This document shows, one piece after another, positions 18,792-29,668 of a stretch of DNA of 64,000 bases (positions within the stretch are counted from its first letter, which is position 1; each line of letters starts with the position of its first letter). Below the pieces are notes generated by a model that had not been told where the DNA came from, searched no databases, and worked only from the letters and a program-made list of their open reading frames with translations. Position numbers and translations under genes: made by a program. Origin of the DNA: a virus; IMG/VR virus record IMGVR_UViG_3300002460_000024, positions 1-64,000 of that record, one strand, 5' to 3'.

Positions 18792-19361
18792 TCATTTTGG
18801 GGCGACGCGATTAATGCTGATGTATGGTGGAATTAGGCCGAGTCCTATCTTAAGTCGTAGTTTTTTAAAAATAAATATCGTCAAAACGAATACACCAATC
18901 CCAATACATACCCAACTTTGCCAGAAGGAGAGCCACTTTTTCTTAATAACTACCGGAGGCGAATATTCAGAATGCCAATGTTCTTTTATTTCTTGGTAGT
19001 GATGCTCAAACCATTGAAGTTTTATTTTTACTTCGGCACACTCTCCGTCAACGGTTAAATGCCCATCTTTTACTTCTACTGTAGCTTTATTTCCTCTTTT
19101 GTCTATTTCTGTAACCTTAAAATCCTTACACGGTACTGAATCTTTAAAATGAATCTCAAATGAATCTCTTGGGATTAAAACAACACTATCCCGTGGAACA
19201 ATCGAGTCTTTTTTAATCACTATTATACTATCCTTAATTATTTTTGAGCAATGGGTAGAGCACCATTTGGCCGTATTGCAGCTACCAAGAAAAAAAATAG
19301 CAACTACTACCAATATAATTTTTATTATCACTAACTCTAAAACTACTTTTTTTGCTCTCAT
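18792..19361 (-). CDS. Lipoprotein with C-terminal TM helix (spanin-like)
   Basis: Lipobox FLGSC, repeated KDS motifs, C-terminal TM segment. Confidence 0.55.
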   Translation of the reverse strand: MRAKKVVLELVIIKIILVVVAIFFLGSCNTAKWCSTHCSKIIKDSIIVIKKDSIVPRDSVVLIPRDSFEIHFKDSVPCKDFKVTEIDKRGNKATVEVKDGHLTVDGECAEVKIKLQWFEHHYQEIKEHWHSEYSPPVVIKKKWLSFWQSWVCIGIGVFVLTIFIFKKLRLKIGLGLIPPYISINRVAPK

Positions 19362-19580
19362 ATCAGGGTATTTCTATTTGTACTAAATCTTCTTTAGTCT
19401 TTTGAATTTTAGGTTGTTTTTTTAAGTACACATTTGCATCTTCCCAACCCCTTGCGCCTATTAAATCAGCATTCACAACCCATTTGCCATCTTTGGTTTC
19501 AAAGTATGGAATTTGTCGATGCTTTAATTTAAGCATTTCGTTAATATTATCTATTTCTGTTTTATCTATTTCTACAAATG

Positions 19581-20729
19581 TCATAGGCCCATTGCTGTTA
19601 AAAGTGTTTCAAAATCAGATTTAAAATTAGCATAATCTGTATCGTTAAACGTTCCAGTAGTAATCATTTGCAGGTACTGTTCTCTAGCGGTAAGTATAAT
19701 CACTGATCCTGGCCCAATTCCTAATCCATGTCCGGTTATCTCTATGCCATTTTCGCTCGAGGAGGGCTTGGCTGTTGGTGTAACGGTGTCATTACTATAA
19801 ACATTTGTTGATGCTGCGCCAGTTCTTACTGCGCCAAATAATCCTGTAGTAATAACCGGGCCATCGTTAGTGCCAGAATCATTTACACAACTGTTATTAT
19901 CACCAGCACTATTCATTATAAGTCCTAGATAAGATGTGGCTAAATCAGTACAACCAATATCCCAGCCAACTGCATCATTTGTATTGCTCCATATAAAAAC
20001 TCCAACACTATTTAAAGATATTTCAGCAACAGCATTTGGTATAATTCCAGTTCTTGTAAATTTAGTTAAAGCATTTCCTATCCTACCACCACCCTCCAAA
20101 CAATTAGCATCCACAAAACCAACATTAGTAATTGGGTAATTACCTATAACCGTTACAGAACCATCTAAATTAAAATAAAAAGGAACCATTTTGGCCGCTG
20201 CATCTGCACCAAATACACAAATCTCTAAATGCACTATTTTTGATCTATATGAGTTAGTTACCGCTGCGTCACGATCAAACCTATTGGCGATATTTTCTAT
20301 CTGAGCCTGCGTATAAATTACGTCCACTAATAAACCCCCATTATCAAAAACCCCCTCAACGTATGTTTTTACTTCGGGCCGATTCGCAACAGCAATAAAA
20401 TTTATTTTTGTTTCAGTATCAAATCCACCATCGTTTGTAGCCGTCAACGCTATTGTCCAATCGCCAACTTTTTCAACCAATAATGTAGGATTTTGAGCAG
20501 TTGAAAAAACAACAACAACACTATCAGGATCAGTATATGACCAACTCCATGAAGTAGGTGTATTTGTTGAGGTGTCTGTAAATGTTACGGTTTCACCCCA
20601 TTCGGGAATTAGATCATTAACAGTAAAGTCAGCTACCGGCGGATCAACCGCATTAACCAATCGTCTACGCTGCCTTGTTTTAAGGGGCTTATCCTTACGG
20701 ACAAATCGTAAATTCTTTATTCCCCACAT
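19581..20729 (-). CDS. PKD-domain virion protein
   Basis: PPVADF...VTFTDTSTNTPTSWSW...QNP...LTATN. Confidence 0.75.
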   Translation of the reverse strand: MWGIKNLRFVRKDKPLKTRQRRRLVNAVDPPVADFTVNDLIPEWGETVTFTDTSTNTPTSWSWSYTDPDSVVVVFSTAQNPTLLVEKVGDWTIALTATNDGGFDTETKINFIAVANRPEVKTYVEGVFDNGGLLVDVIYTQAQIENIANRFDRDAAVTNSYRSKIVHLEICVFGADAAAKMVPFYFNLDGSVTVIGNYPITNVGFVDANCLEGGGRIGNALTKFTRTGIIPNAVAEISLNSVGVFIWSNTNDAVGWDIGCTDLATSYLGLIMNSAGDNNSCVNDSGTNDGPVITTGLFGAVRTGAASTNVYSNDTVTPTAKPSSSENGIEITGHGLGIGPGSVIILTAREQYLQMITTGTFNDTDYANFKSDFETLLTAMGL

Positions 20730-21424
20730 TACCCTACATAAATTTCATACCTAACGGTAGCTGGATCAGCCCCATTTACTTCAATAATACGAGCATTTGT
20801 AATATTTGCCTTTCCAACAATATCAAAAGGATTCTCATCCACCACTAAAATACCAGTTGTGGTAGTAACGGCCACACCTGTTTCAAGGTAATTTATATCC
20901 CCACCTACCGTAGTGCCCATTAAAATCGGAGTTCTTGGATCTGTTGCCATATTATACCCTGGTCGTGTTTTTGTTATTGTGCATCTAGCCAAAGACGAAA
21001 ACTCAATTACCACATAAGGAACATCGGCAGTTACCGTGAAGGCTCCGGAACCAGTACTGGCTCCAGTAACTAAATCCTTCAATAATATCGCCGTGGCAGT
21101 TTGCAAGGATGAGTTAACCTGATACTCACTTGTATTAAGTTGGGCCATTAAAGCTGCTGCAGTATTGGTTTGGGTCGTTACCCAGTCCTGATTAAAATAT
21201 ACAAAGTCTCCAGGTTGTCCCGGTAGTCCATATAGTTGTTGAGCCTCAAGTGAAGTAGCATATACCCTTATTCCCAATGCGGTAACCTGAGAAGCCACTG
21301 CAATTACAGCACCGGTCCATAGTTCGTTTTGGGTTGTTGTAAAGGCAGTTGAAGTTGTAGGGGTTAGTGATCCACTAAGGATTGCGTCTCCTAAAGATGC
21401 GCTTGATTTATCAATGAAGGCCAT
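20729..21424 (-). CDS. Putative virion structural protein
   Basis: Thr/Ala/Gly-rich; preceded by a TATATTTG box at 21441-21448. Confidence 0.45.
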   Translation of the reverse strand: MAFIDKSSASLGDAILSGSLTPTTSTAFTTTQNELWTGAVIAVASQVTALGIRVYATSLEAQQLYGLPGQPGDFVYFNQDWVTTQTNTAAALMAQLNTSEYQVNSSLQTATAILLKDLVTGASTGSGAFTVTADVPYVVIEFSSLARCTITKTRPGYNMATDPRTPILMGTTVGGDINYLETGVAVTTTTGILVVDENPFDIVGKANITNARIIEVNGADPATVRYEIYVG

Positions 21425-21759
21425 ATTCGAATAATTTTATCAAATATAGGAAAATTTGGGGCGACGCAATTAAAGTATTATAATTTCTTTGCCCTGTGCA
21501 TCAAAAATATGACATGCATCATCCTTTTTTAGCCATTTCACCTCATAAAACTCCTTAATACTATTGATCGGAATAACCCCATACTTAACCATCAGTGACG
21601 AATAAATGATATAATCTGTGTTAAATTGAAGGGGAATTGTTTGGTTTTCGACCTTTATCATCTCATAGCTTACCCTTGTGGCCTTAATCACCAATTTCTT
21701 ACCACCATCATTAAAATCAATCAAGTATCCCTTTTTGTAATAAACTCTTTTCATATTAA

Positions 21760-22458
21760 TTACGTCGCCCTATAAAACTCAAAATCCCCTAAAGGGCTTC
21801 TACCCTCTTTTATAGCATAAGCTATATCTTCCGGCCTGAGCCCTAAGCCTTCCTCTTCTATTTTCATTACTAATGACGCATTTAATGGCTTTGATTTATC
21901 CCCGGACAAAAATTCTTGCTCCATTTTTTGTAGGATATCGGCTGTTTCCTTCCACTTCATAATATCTGTGGTGGTGGCATCCTTATTGTTTCGGAGCTTC
22001 TTCATACCTTCGTAGTATTTTTCTCGTAACGTAACTATTGCTGAAAACATATCAGAATAACTATGTCTTAAGAACTCTACGATCATGTAATTCACTACCT
22101 CATTCTCTCCATCCATCATTTTCTCCACTAAATCCCCAAATTTTCCATTATCCGGGTCATAGTCAAATCCAGCTTGAATAGCACAGGCCACTTTTCTTTT
22201 GTCGTACTCTGGATAAGCGGCCTTTATGCAGTCCAACTCCATTGAATACATAAAATTTATATACCTGATAATCTTGTTTCTGGCGATTATCCTGGAATCG
22301 TCCGTTGATCCCCACGCAAAGAACCCGTAAGCAAAACCCCCAAGTCTGGTTAGTTCCGGCCTCTCTACTAAATAGTCATAATGGAGGGGAATCTCATGTA
22401 TTCCCACTCCATCCTTTTTTATCCTGACCTTGTTTAGTTCTTCTTTAGTAAATTCCAT
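21760..22458 (-). CDS. Conserved hypothetical phage protein
   Basis: 232-aa ORF. Confidence 0.55.
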   Translation of the reverse strand: MEFTKEELNKVRIKKDGVGIHEIPLHYDYLVERPELTRLGGFAYGFFAWGSTDDSRIIARNKIIRYINFMYSMELDCIKAAYPEYDKRKVACAIQAGFDYDPDNGKFGDLVEKMMDGENEVVNYMIVEFLRHSYSDMFSAIVTLREKYYEGMKKLRNNKDATTTDIMKWKETADILQKMEQEFLSGDKSKPLNASLVMKIEEEGLGLRPEDIAYAIKEGRSPLGDFEFYRAT

Positions 22459-22742
22459 GGTGGGGCGACGAGATTAATGTTACCTAAACTCTACTTTAAA
22501 ATATTTATTTAACTCTTTACAAATATCCTCATTGCTGATTTTAGGCACTCCGGGTTTTCCCCAATTTGGTTTTATTTGAACCTCCCACCATCTATAAACC
22601 TGACTGATACAATATAACTCAATAGACTCTGGCCGTGTAAAATGACCCTCGTCTTGTTTTTTTCGCATACCATCCACAATGGTTTTAACAGCATATTCAA
22701 CGGAATAGTCTATTTTTTCATTTCCTTTAATTTCGTCACCCA

Positions 22743-23936
22743 TTATCCAGCCGATTTAGCAATTTTAATCATTTCCGTTATCTGTAATTCAGAAGCCTTT
22801 GCTAAGAACTCTAATATCATTGCATCGTCTCCTTTTGTAGTGTCCATCTCTGGTTTTAATGTCATTTTGCCAAAGGCGTAGATTATAGCCACAGGCACTA
22901 CTCCCATCTTTCTGAGATTGTCCAATAACTGTAAACAAATTTCTTCATCCCTGTCGGTTCCCATGTGTTCTGGGATATTAAAGTCTAAGTTCAACTTGTG
23001 GATGACGGGTAATATTTCTTCCTCTTGTGGTATTACCGGTGGGGGCGACGTAATTAATGCTATCGCCGCTTCCTTTTCTAATTGAGTTTCCACCTTAATT
23101 TGGGCCCAAAACGCCTCTTCCCCAAATACCCTAAATTGAATAATACATCTCCTGATCTTTAAATTGGATCTCCGAGGAAATTTATCAATTACTTTATATG
23201 GGTTAATTGGGCATAAATCGTTGTCTGCTGATCCATAAATTTGAGTGGATGTTGAGGCGTAGATTTTGTCTAACGCTTCCACCACTTTCACTTCGCTCAA
23301 ACAGGCATTTAAAGGGACCTTGATTTCCCAATCACCGGCATTTATTTTGTCACATAAAATCTGACTTGGTTCTGGTTCTTCTTTTGCTGGTTTTTCAAGT
23401 GGCAAATCAACTAAGTTTTGCTCTTTTACTACTTCGGCTATGGCGGCCGCTAAATCGTCTTTAGGAGCCAACATCATTCCTTCGGGTGGTGCCATATCTT
23501 CTATTTTTACAGTAGGTTTAGGCTGTATAACGGCATCCGGATGCTCTGAACTAAACGCCTTATCCCTTACCTGCTCTTTTGTCAACGAATTTCCACCCTC
23601 TTCGCCAGTATAAATCTTAAACAGCATCTTATAAAGATATTTTTCTGCCAAAGTTGCCGTCGCCCCAAAATGATAATCTCTACTACTTATAGGAAACGAC
23701 ATATTCGCTACACACCTACTATCATCTTCGGTATCTACAAATTCCATTTCTAATAGAAAGGTGTCCCCAATAATTTGTCCATGTGGAATTGTGATGACTC
23801 CGTGGGTATTTAAAAGTGGAACCAATGCTTGATTCATTTGCTCATCCGAAATAATTTTTACTCCATCTACCTCTCTATCCTTTTTAAAGTCTGGAAGGGA
23901 TTGTCTTATTAAAAGTATTTTTTTATATATGCTCAT
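22743..23936 (-). CDS. ERF-family ssDNA annealing protein with long C-terminal extension
   Basis: MSIYKKIL..., GATATLAEKYLYKMLFKIYTGE; adjacent to SSB-like and YqaJ genes. Confidence 0.7.
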   Translation of the reverse strand: MSIYKKILLIRQSLPDFKKDREVDGVKIISDEQMNQALVPLLNTHGVITIPHGQIIGDTFLLEMEFVDTEDDSRCVANMSFPISSRDYHFGATATLAEKYLYKMLFKIYTGEEGGNSLTKEQVRDKAFSSEHPDAVIQPKPTVKIEDMAPPEGMMLAPKDDLAAAIAEVVKEQNLVDLPLEKPAKEEPEPSQILCDKINAGDWEIKVPLNACLSEVKVVEALDKIYASTSTQIYGSADNDLCPINPYKVIDKFPRRSNLKIRRCIIQFRVFGEEAFWAQIKVETQLEKEAAIALITSPPPVIPQEEEILPVIHKLNLDFNIPEHMGTDRDEEICLQLLDNLRKMGVVPVAIIYAFGKMTLKPEMDTTKGDDAMILEFLAKASELQITEMIKIAKSAG

Positions 23937-23965
23937 TTTAGTATTTTAAAAGTGTTTCTGAATAT

Positions 23966-24670
23966 CTAAAAAGGTAAATCATCCTTCCATGTTTTATCGG
24001 CATCCGTTCCTCCACTTGTAGTTGCTGGTGCTGCATCTTCCTCTACATGCTGATCCTCATTCAAATCTTTTACCGTAGTGCCAATAGAGGTGGAAGTGGT
24101 AGGTGCCTTTACCATTTCATACTTAGATAACACCTTATCAATTAAGGCATCGAAAAAATCATCCACGCCGGTATAATCATTAAGAGTTTTACCCTGATAC
24201 TCCACTTTCTTCATCCGAGGCTCCAAATGCTCTTTGTACCCATACTTCATATCTACCTTCTCAGCGCCTCCCGAAGTAATAACCTTCACCGAAGCTCCAG
24301 CAAATCCCTTGTCTCCCCTATAAAAAGATATTTTTAATTGGTCTTTGAATGACGGCAAAGATGCTAGGCGATTAATTAATTCTCTCACCGGACCTGAGTA
24401 TAACAGATCAAATACATACTTCTCATTCGCATCTGTATCGGTTAAAGTAAACCTGCACCCCCTCATTCTACCGTACTTCTCTACTATTTTATCCACCTTA
24501 GTAATCTCGGTGATATACCCCGTTAGGAAAGATACCGTCTCCACCACCTCATACACCTCTCCCTTTTTTTGTTGCAGGTCCATGCAAGGGTAATCCTTTA
24601 CATCTGCTTTTAAATTTTTAGGCTTTACATAAAAGTAAGTGCCTCCTGATTCTGTTGTACCTCTAGCCAT
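23966..24670 (-). CDS. Single-stranded DNA-binding protein
   Basis: Acidic tail ending DDLPF. Confidence 0.65.
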   Translation of the reverse strand: MARGTTESGGTYFYVKPKNLKADVKDYPCMDLQQKKGEVYEVVETVSFLTGYITEITKVDKIVEKYGRMRGCRFTLTDTDANEKYVFDLLYSGPVRELINRLASLPSFKDQLKISFYRGDKGFAGASVKVITSGGAEKVDMKYGYKEHLEPRMKKVEYQGKTLNDYTGVDDFFDALIDKVLSKYEMVKAPTTSTSIGTTVKDLNEDQHVEEDAAPATTSGGTDADKTWKDDLPF

Positions 24671-24671
24671 T

Positions 24672-25724
24672 TTAGTTTAATTTATTTATTTCGTTTCGTA
24701 TTAATTCTGCTGTCATTTCCTTACCACTTACTACATGTTTTTTATTCATGGAGCTACGGCACCCATCCCCTAATATCAATGTTATTCCGTTGTGCTCATG
24801 GACTCTTAATAGGGTGTTTTTGATAAGAACTTGCTTCTTTTTGATCTCCTTTTGAATGTCGTTGTAATACTGGTAAGTATGCATTAAAGTTTCCATTGGG
24901 GGCGACGCAATTATTCTGCGATCAGGATTATCCTGGTTCTGAAAACGAGCCGACAAAAACGCTCTGTAAGCATCACTATCGTCCGGTAACGGCTCCAACT
25001 CCATAATATCCTTTTGTATAGCTTCCTTATCAGCTTTCTTGGATGTTAGTTTTAGTCTCTTTGCCAATGGTCGTGCTGGTAGCACCCTCTCATACCAAAA
25101 ATGACTACATATAGCCATAATAGATTTTGAAAACTCTTCAACATAAGGAACCTGGTTAATATGAAGCTCATTGCCTCCTTTTAAACAAGCCAATTCAGCA
25201 TACTCAGTTCCAAAAACCATCATTTCTCCGTGGACTTGCTCATGGTGCTCTGGAATATAACCGTCCATAGAGTCCCATTTTAAGGAGTCAATATTCTTAA
25301 CCTGCAATGGTGCGTCTTTCTCCAACTCATACCCATCTAATCTTTTTTCTCCTTTTGGAATTGTTCCGTCTGGGGTGCAGGAAAGAAATGGGATATCTTC
25401 ATTGACTAAAATATATCCATCGTTCTTTATAAAAGATCGGATTCTTTTTTTTTCCATGTAATTCTCTACGTATTTTTCTTTGCCCTCTTCCCAATACTGC
25501 CACAGATCCAAAATAATCGGTTCGTGAATATGCCCCATAAAAGGGCGCTCAGCCATCCTATGCTGACCGCTACCTAATCCTATTTTTTGATAAAACACAT
25601 CAATAGGGCTCCCGTAATTCCTGTTTGAGCCAGTAAGAATGGGAATATCACTACACCCTATATAGTTTGTTCGCAATTCTAACCACTCAGGAGTATTAAC
25701 CTCTATTGGTATCTTTTGTAACAT
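24672..25724 (-). CDS. YqaJ/lambda-type exonuclease
   Basis: EWLELR..YIGCSD, GHIHEP, SCTPDG, LQVK, QVHGEM. Confidence 0.88.
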   Translation of the reverse strand: MLQKIPIEVNTPEWLELRTNYIGCSDIPILTGSNRNYGSPIDVFYQKIGLGSGQHRMAERPFMGHIHEPIILDLWQYWEEGKEKYVENYMEKKRIRSFIKNDGYILVNEDIPFLSCTPDGTIPKGEKRLDGYELEKDAPLQVKNIDSLKWDSMDGYIPEHHEQVHGEMMVFGTEYAELACLKGGNELHINQVPYVEEFSKSIMAICSHFWYERVLPARPLAKRLKLTSKKADKEAIQKDIMELEPLPDDSDAYRAFLSARFQNQDNPDRRIIASPPMETLMHTYQYYNDIQKEIKKKQVLIKNTLLRVHEHNGITLILGDGCRSSMNKKHVVSGKEMTAELIRNEINKLN

Positions 25725-26822
25725 AAAAATCTGTTTTTATTTTGATTAGCAACGGCAACTTTACGGTTAAAACATAGATTGCGTCGCCACACTCCCTACA
25801 AAACAACTGTATTTTAAAACTATCAACTAATGGACTAGCCCCTCTTGATATCTTCAAATACTCAAAAGGCCCTATATAGGAGTGATCCTTTATTTTTATG
25901 ATATGCCCATCTTTTTGTAATCGGCAAATAACCTTACCCCAAATATTTTTTATTTCAATATATGTTCCTTCTCTAAAATAAGAAGGTAGTTCGGGTGAAA
26001 ATTTATATTTGTTAGGCTTCCAGGTTATCATCGACTATTCTTTTACTGATTAATATTGCTAGTTCTTGGGCTGTCCAGTTATGTAGGGTGACGCGATTAT
26101 TATAGGATTTGGTACTTTTTAAACCCAAAACATTACAAAATTTAGGAAGGTGCCCTAACTCCTCCATCCAGACTACTACTTGTTTTGTAATTTCTTCTGA
26201 GTCCTTAAGTCGCCCCCTTACTTGCCTTCGCTGCTGAAATGAAATAAGACCAGCATTGGTCATAGCCTTCACCTTCTTTTTATCCCAATTCTGTTTTTTT
26301 ATTAAGTCCAGAAGTTTTTTCTTCGTTTTTATTTTCATAGCGGACATAAGGGCTTCGTGAGTACCCCCATTTTTGATATACTCTGCCACCTTTAAGGTTG
26401 TGTCGTATGAATTTTTGACGATCATTTGATAGTTATTTCTTCTCCGGTTAATATAAAGTATAGGTTTTGTAGTTGGTGAAGCTTAACATCAATTATTGCG
26501 TGAAGCGTTACTCCGTTGACCCAATACGGGGTGTATAGATTCCATGTACCCATATGTTCATAAACAACAAAACGTAAAATTTTATTTACAACCATTTCGC
26601 CAGCATCCTCGATAAATTTTGACTCGCTAAACCCATTTATTGTAAATAAGCGTTCTTTATTAATATAAATTGGTTTAAAAACCATAGCAATATGATCCGA
26701 ATCAACCTCGGCCCCATCAGCATTATGATAAATTTGAACAATATCAGAGGCCTCACACTTTACGATAGTGCCCCATTTGGTCGATTCATAATAATTACCA
26801 ATTCTTAATTCACTCGGTTTTA

Positions 26823-27020
26823 TCATTTGAAAATAATTTTATCAACTTTAATTTCGTACACCGCCAAAATCTCATCCAGTTTTTTAAGGCTAACATCTCC
26901 TTTACTCAACCACTTTGAAATAGTAGATGTGCTTTTACAGAGGCGAGAGGCTATATCATTCTGGGTTATTCCCCTTCTCTTTAATTCTGCGTTTATATGA
27001 GCTAGTATAAGGTTTTTCAT
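26823..27020 (-). CDS. XRE/Cro HTH regulator
   Basis: GITQNDIASRLCKSTSTISKWL. Confidence 0.85.
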   Translation of the reverse strand: MKNLILAHINAELKRRGITQNDIASRLCKSTSTISKWLSKGDVSLKKLDEILAVYEIKVDKIIFK

Positions 27021-27475
27021 GGTGCGACGTCAACTTTAGTTTCTACTCCGTATTTTAATTTCCATAAATCATCTCCCATCTGAGAAATGTTTATTGCTGT
27101 ATATCGCAATACTTTATATCCTAGTATTTGCGCCAAATTTGTTTTCTCACAATCCTTAGAAAACCCGGTTACGCCCGTATGTCTTGACTTGTCCGAAAAC
27201 ACACCATCGTACTCTATGCCTGTATTGATTTCAGGACAGTAAAAGTCAAACATAAATCTCCGAGTTTCGCAAAATTTATATTCCTTTTTGTAGTCAGGAA
27301 ATAAGGCTTTGATAATAAATTCCATTTCTCCTTTTGTCTTATCACCATTACCTTTTTTCTTATGAATAATAACCGTAGCCTCTTTTACGTATGGTTTCAT
27401 GACAATATTCCCATGACCCTTAATGGCTCCCTTATTAACATTCTCCTGCAATCTTGTTGCTTCCTCTGGGCTCAT
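27017..27475 (-). CDS. DUF559/Vsr-like endonuclease
   Basis: EYKF..RRFMFDF..IEYDG..RH..DCEK.N.AQ..GYKVLRYT. Confidence 0.8.
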   Translation of the reverse strand: MSPEEATRLQENVNKGAIKGHGNIVMKPYVKEATVIIHKKKGNGDKTKGEMEFIIKALFPDYKKEYKFCETRRFMFDFYCPEINTGIEYDGVFSDKSRHTGVTGFSKDCEKTNLAQILGYKVLRYTAINISQMGDDLWKLKYGVETKVDVAP

Positions 27476-28068
27476 TTTAAAAAGTTTACGTAGATTTTAT
27501 ACTCCCTATACTTATCCCCCTTATACCACTCCGTTCTAAAATATTTTTTCCCGGATGTTGCCTGACAAGGTGTTCTTTTTAATCCTTCTTTTAAACAAAA
27601 TTCTTTGCTGTGGGGTATTACCATTGTCATTTGGCCGGCATGGTTGATATTTTTGGACAACGCAACTATTGTTACTACGTGCCCAACATCGGCCAACTCC
27701 TGAGCTTGTTGCAAGTCTGCCACCAATTTCCACCCAAACTCCCCTCCAAAATTTGCCAACCAATTAAATAATCCTCTGGAATCCATAGGGAAAACCTTTT
27801 CAGGGTTCGGATTAATTACGTCGCTATACCAAACCCTCGGTAAATAAGCTCCAGCTAAGTAACAAAAGTCATACGCAAATAGGTGGCACATAACTTTACT
27901 TTTCTCATATCGTGGTGAATTTTCTGGATCTAAGTACCTCACTATCTCCAATAAGTCTTGTGGAAGCCCCGTTCCTTTGGGCATATCCTCCTCTGATAAG
28001 GCATACATTTTTGTTGTTACCTGATTCCGACTTACGGGATTATGAAAGTGTAGATGGATGGGCTGCAT
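27472..28068 (-). CDS. Papain/NlpC-P60-like cell-wall hydrolase homologue
   Basis: RY...CHLFAYDFC.LAGAYLPRVW, GW...AQELADVG; next to the endolysin. Confidence 0.4.
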   Translation of the reverse strand: MQPIHLHFHNPVSRNQVTTKMYALSEEDMPKGTGLPQDLLEIVRYLDPENSPRYEKSKVMCHLFAYDFCYLAGAYLPRVWYSDVINPNPEKVFPMDSRGLFNWLANFGGEFGWKLVADLQQAQELADVGHVVTIVALSKNINHAGQMTMVIPHSKEFCLKEGLKRTPCQATSGKKYFRTEWYKGDKYREYKIYVNFLK

Positions 28069-28658
28069 TATTTAAAAAGTGACTGATTAAATTTCTTAAA
28101 AGCCTCCAATCGATTTAACCACCCTTTTTGGAATTTGGCGTTTTTAGTTCCTGGTCCCGAAATACTAATGAAGAAATCTTTTCTAGCCTCACAAAGTTGA
28201 AGGAAAAGTCCCGGCTGATTAGGAAATGTATTTAATGCCGTAGGGATTGCACTCCAAGTTTGAGGGTATGGATGATCGGCAAGATCAATAAAGTTTTTTA
28301 TTTGCTTAAAAGCGCCCTGTACCCCACTTCCCCAAACCCACGAAGCCATACAGTTTGCTATGTAAAGATTAGTATAAACATCCCCATAAACCTTATCCCA
28401 ATATAGAATCTTAAACACATCAGATTGATCTGCTTTTGTCATATTAAAGAACCTTTCAGCCATCACAGCAATAGAGGTAATACCTTTAGCTTTACAATAG
28501 GCCATCCACGTAATCCACGTAATTCCCATATTGGTATGCCACCCATTCATTCCTTTAAACGCTGAGGGACAAGGCTTGGCGCTAGCAGCGTCATTAACGT
28601 CCCTACTAAGTCCACCCTCCCATTTACAAATAAATGGCATTATAAATTCATGCTTCAT
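28068..28658 (-). CDS. Endolysin, glycoside hydrolase family 108
   Basis: WEGG, TNMGIT, YWD, KFQKGWLNRL. Confidence 0.88.
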   Translation of the reverse strand: MKHEFIMPFICKWEGGLSRDVNDAASAKPCPSAFKGMNGWHTNMGITWITWMAYCKAKGITSIAVMAERFFNMTKADQSDVFKILYWDKVYGDVYTNLYIANCMASWVWGSGVQGAFKQIKNFIDLADHPYPQTWSAIPTALNTFPNQPGLFLQLCEARKDFFISISGPGTKNAKFQKGWLNRLEAFKKFNQSLFK

Positions 28659-28891
28659 ATAACTGCGTATAATTGTTCTTCCCTAATTATTTTATAGTCC
28701 CCTCGTTCAGCGTGAGCACCCTTTCCAAATATTACCCTATCCCCTTCTTTTACCTCTAATCCCTCCCTACAACAACCGGGACCTATGCTATAAACTACTC
28801 CTATTTGGGGTTCTTTTTCTTGCAACGGCAACTTTGGGTCCTGAATTATAAGTATTCTGTCACTTATTGCCGTTATTTCAACGTTTTTCAT
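28655..28891 (-). CDS. groES: Short GroES-like co-chaperonin
   Basis: DRILI...GVVYSIGPG...VKEGDRVIFGK...IIREEQLYAVI; mobile loop shortened. Confidence 0.75.
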   Translation of the reverse strand: MKNVEITAISDRILIIQDPKLPLQEKEPQIGVVYSIGPGCCREGLEVKEGDRVIFGKGAHAERGDYKIIREEQLYAVI

Positions 28892-29593
28892 GCTTTTTTA
28901 AGGTAATTTTATAGTGACTTCCTTTAAGTTCATTGCGTAAATATACACGTTTTCTCGTAATAAATAAAGTTTATTTACTAAGTTCTTCTAAAAGACTATC
29001 GGCCATTTCAGCCGCATTTCGACCATGTGCTATTAATTCCATCCCTTTGGGATTTGAAATCATAGCTGCCATAGCTAAGCCAGCAAAATGTTCTCGCTTA
29101 GATAAACCTATATGCACATCTGTTTCTACAATTCGCCCATTCTTATCATATTTAAGCGGAACTATTAAGGGAAACGCTAAATTATATTTTTTTGGTTCCA
29201 TTATTTAAAATCTGTTTGGTTTAATAGTTTCTTGATTACCTCCTGTTCATGTTCTGAGAAGGTGCGACGTAATTTATCTGCCAACTTTACCCAATCCTCT
29301 GTTGAGTGAGTAACCCACCAGTTCATTAAATCCGTTTGACCATTTTTGGCCGCTCTGGTTATTACCTCGTTTGCTATTCCCAACTTTTCAAGTTCAGTTA
29401 TTATAGCGCACAAATGCCCCTCCAACTTTACCTTGTCATTTTGAAGTAAAATAATAGATTCTTTGTCGTCGGGGTGATGGATGGCTTTTCCTTTTGATCC
29501 TTCCCTAAACCCTACATCATATCCACAATTATAATCACTTTGTCCTGAATCACCACACGGCATAATATTTTGTTTTAGTTAATCTTTAAAACG

Positions 29594-29621
29594 AAAACCC
29601 CTACGTTTTATTGTAGGGGCT
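29594..29621 (-). terminator. Intrinsic terminator
   Basis: cccctac/gtagggg stem with a T run on the minus strand. Confidence 0.55.
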
Positions 29622-29668
29622 CCCAGAGAAATAAGTAAAAAAGCTATAGATGGGATCAAATATAACAT

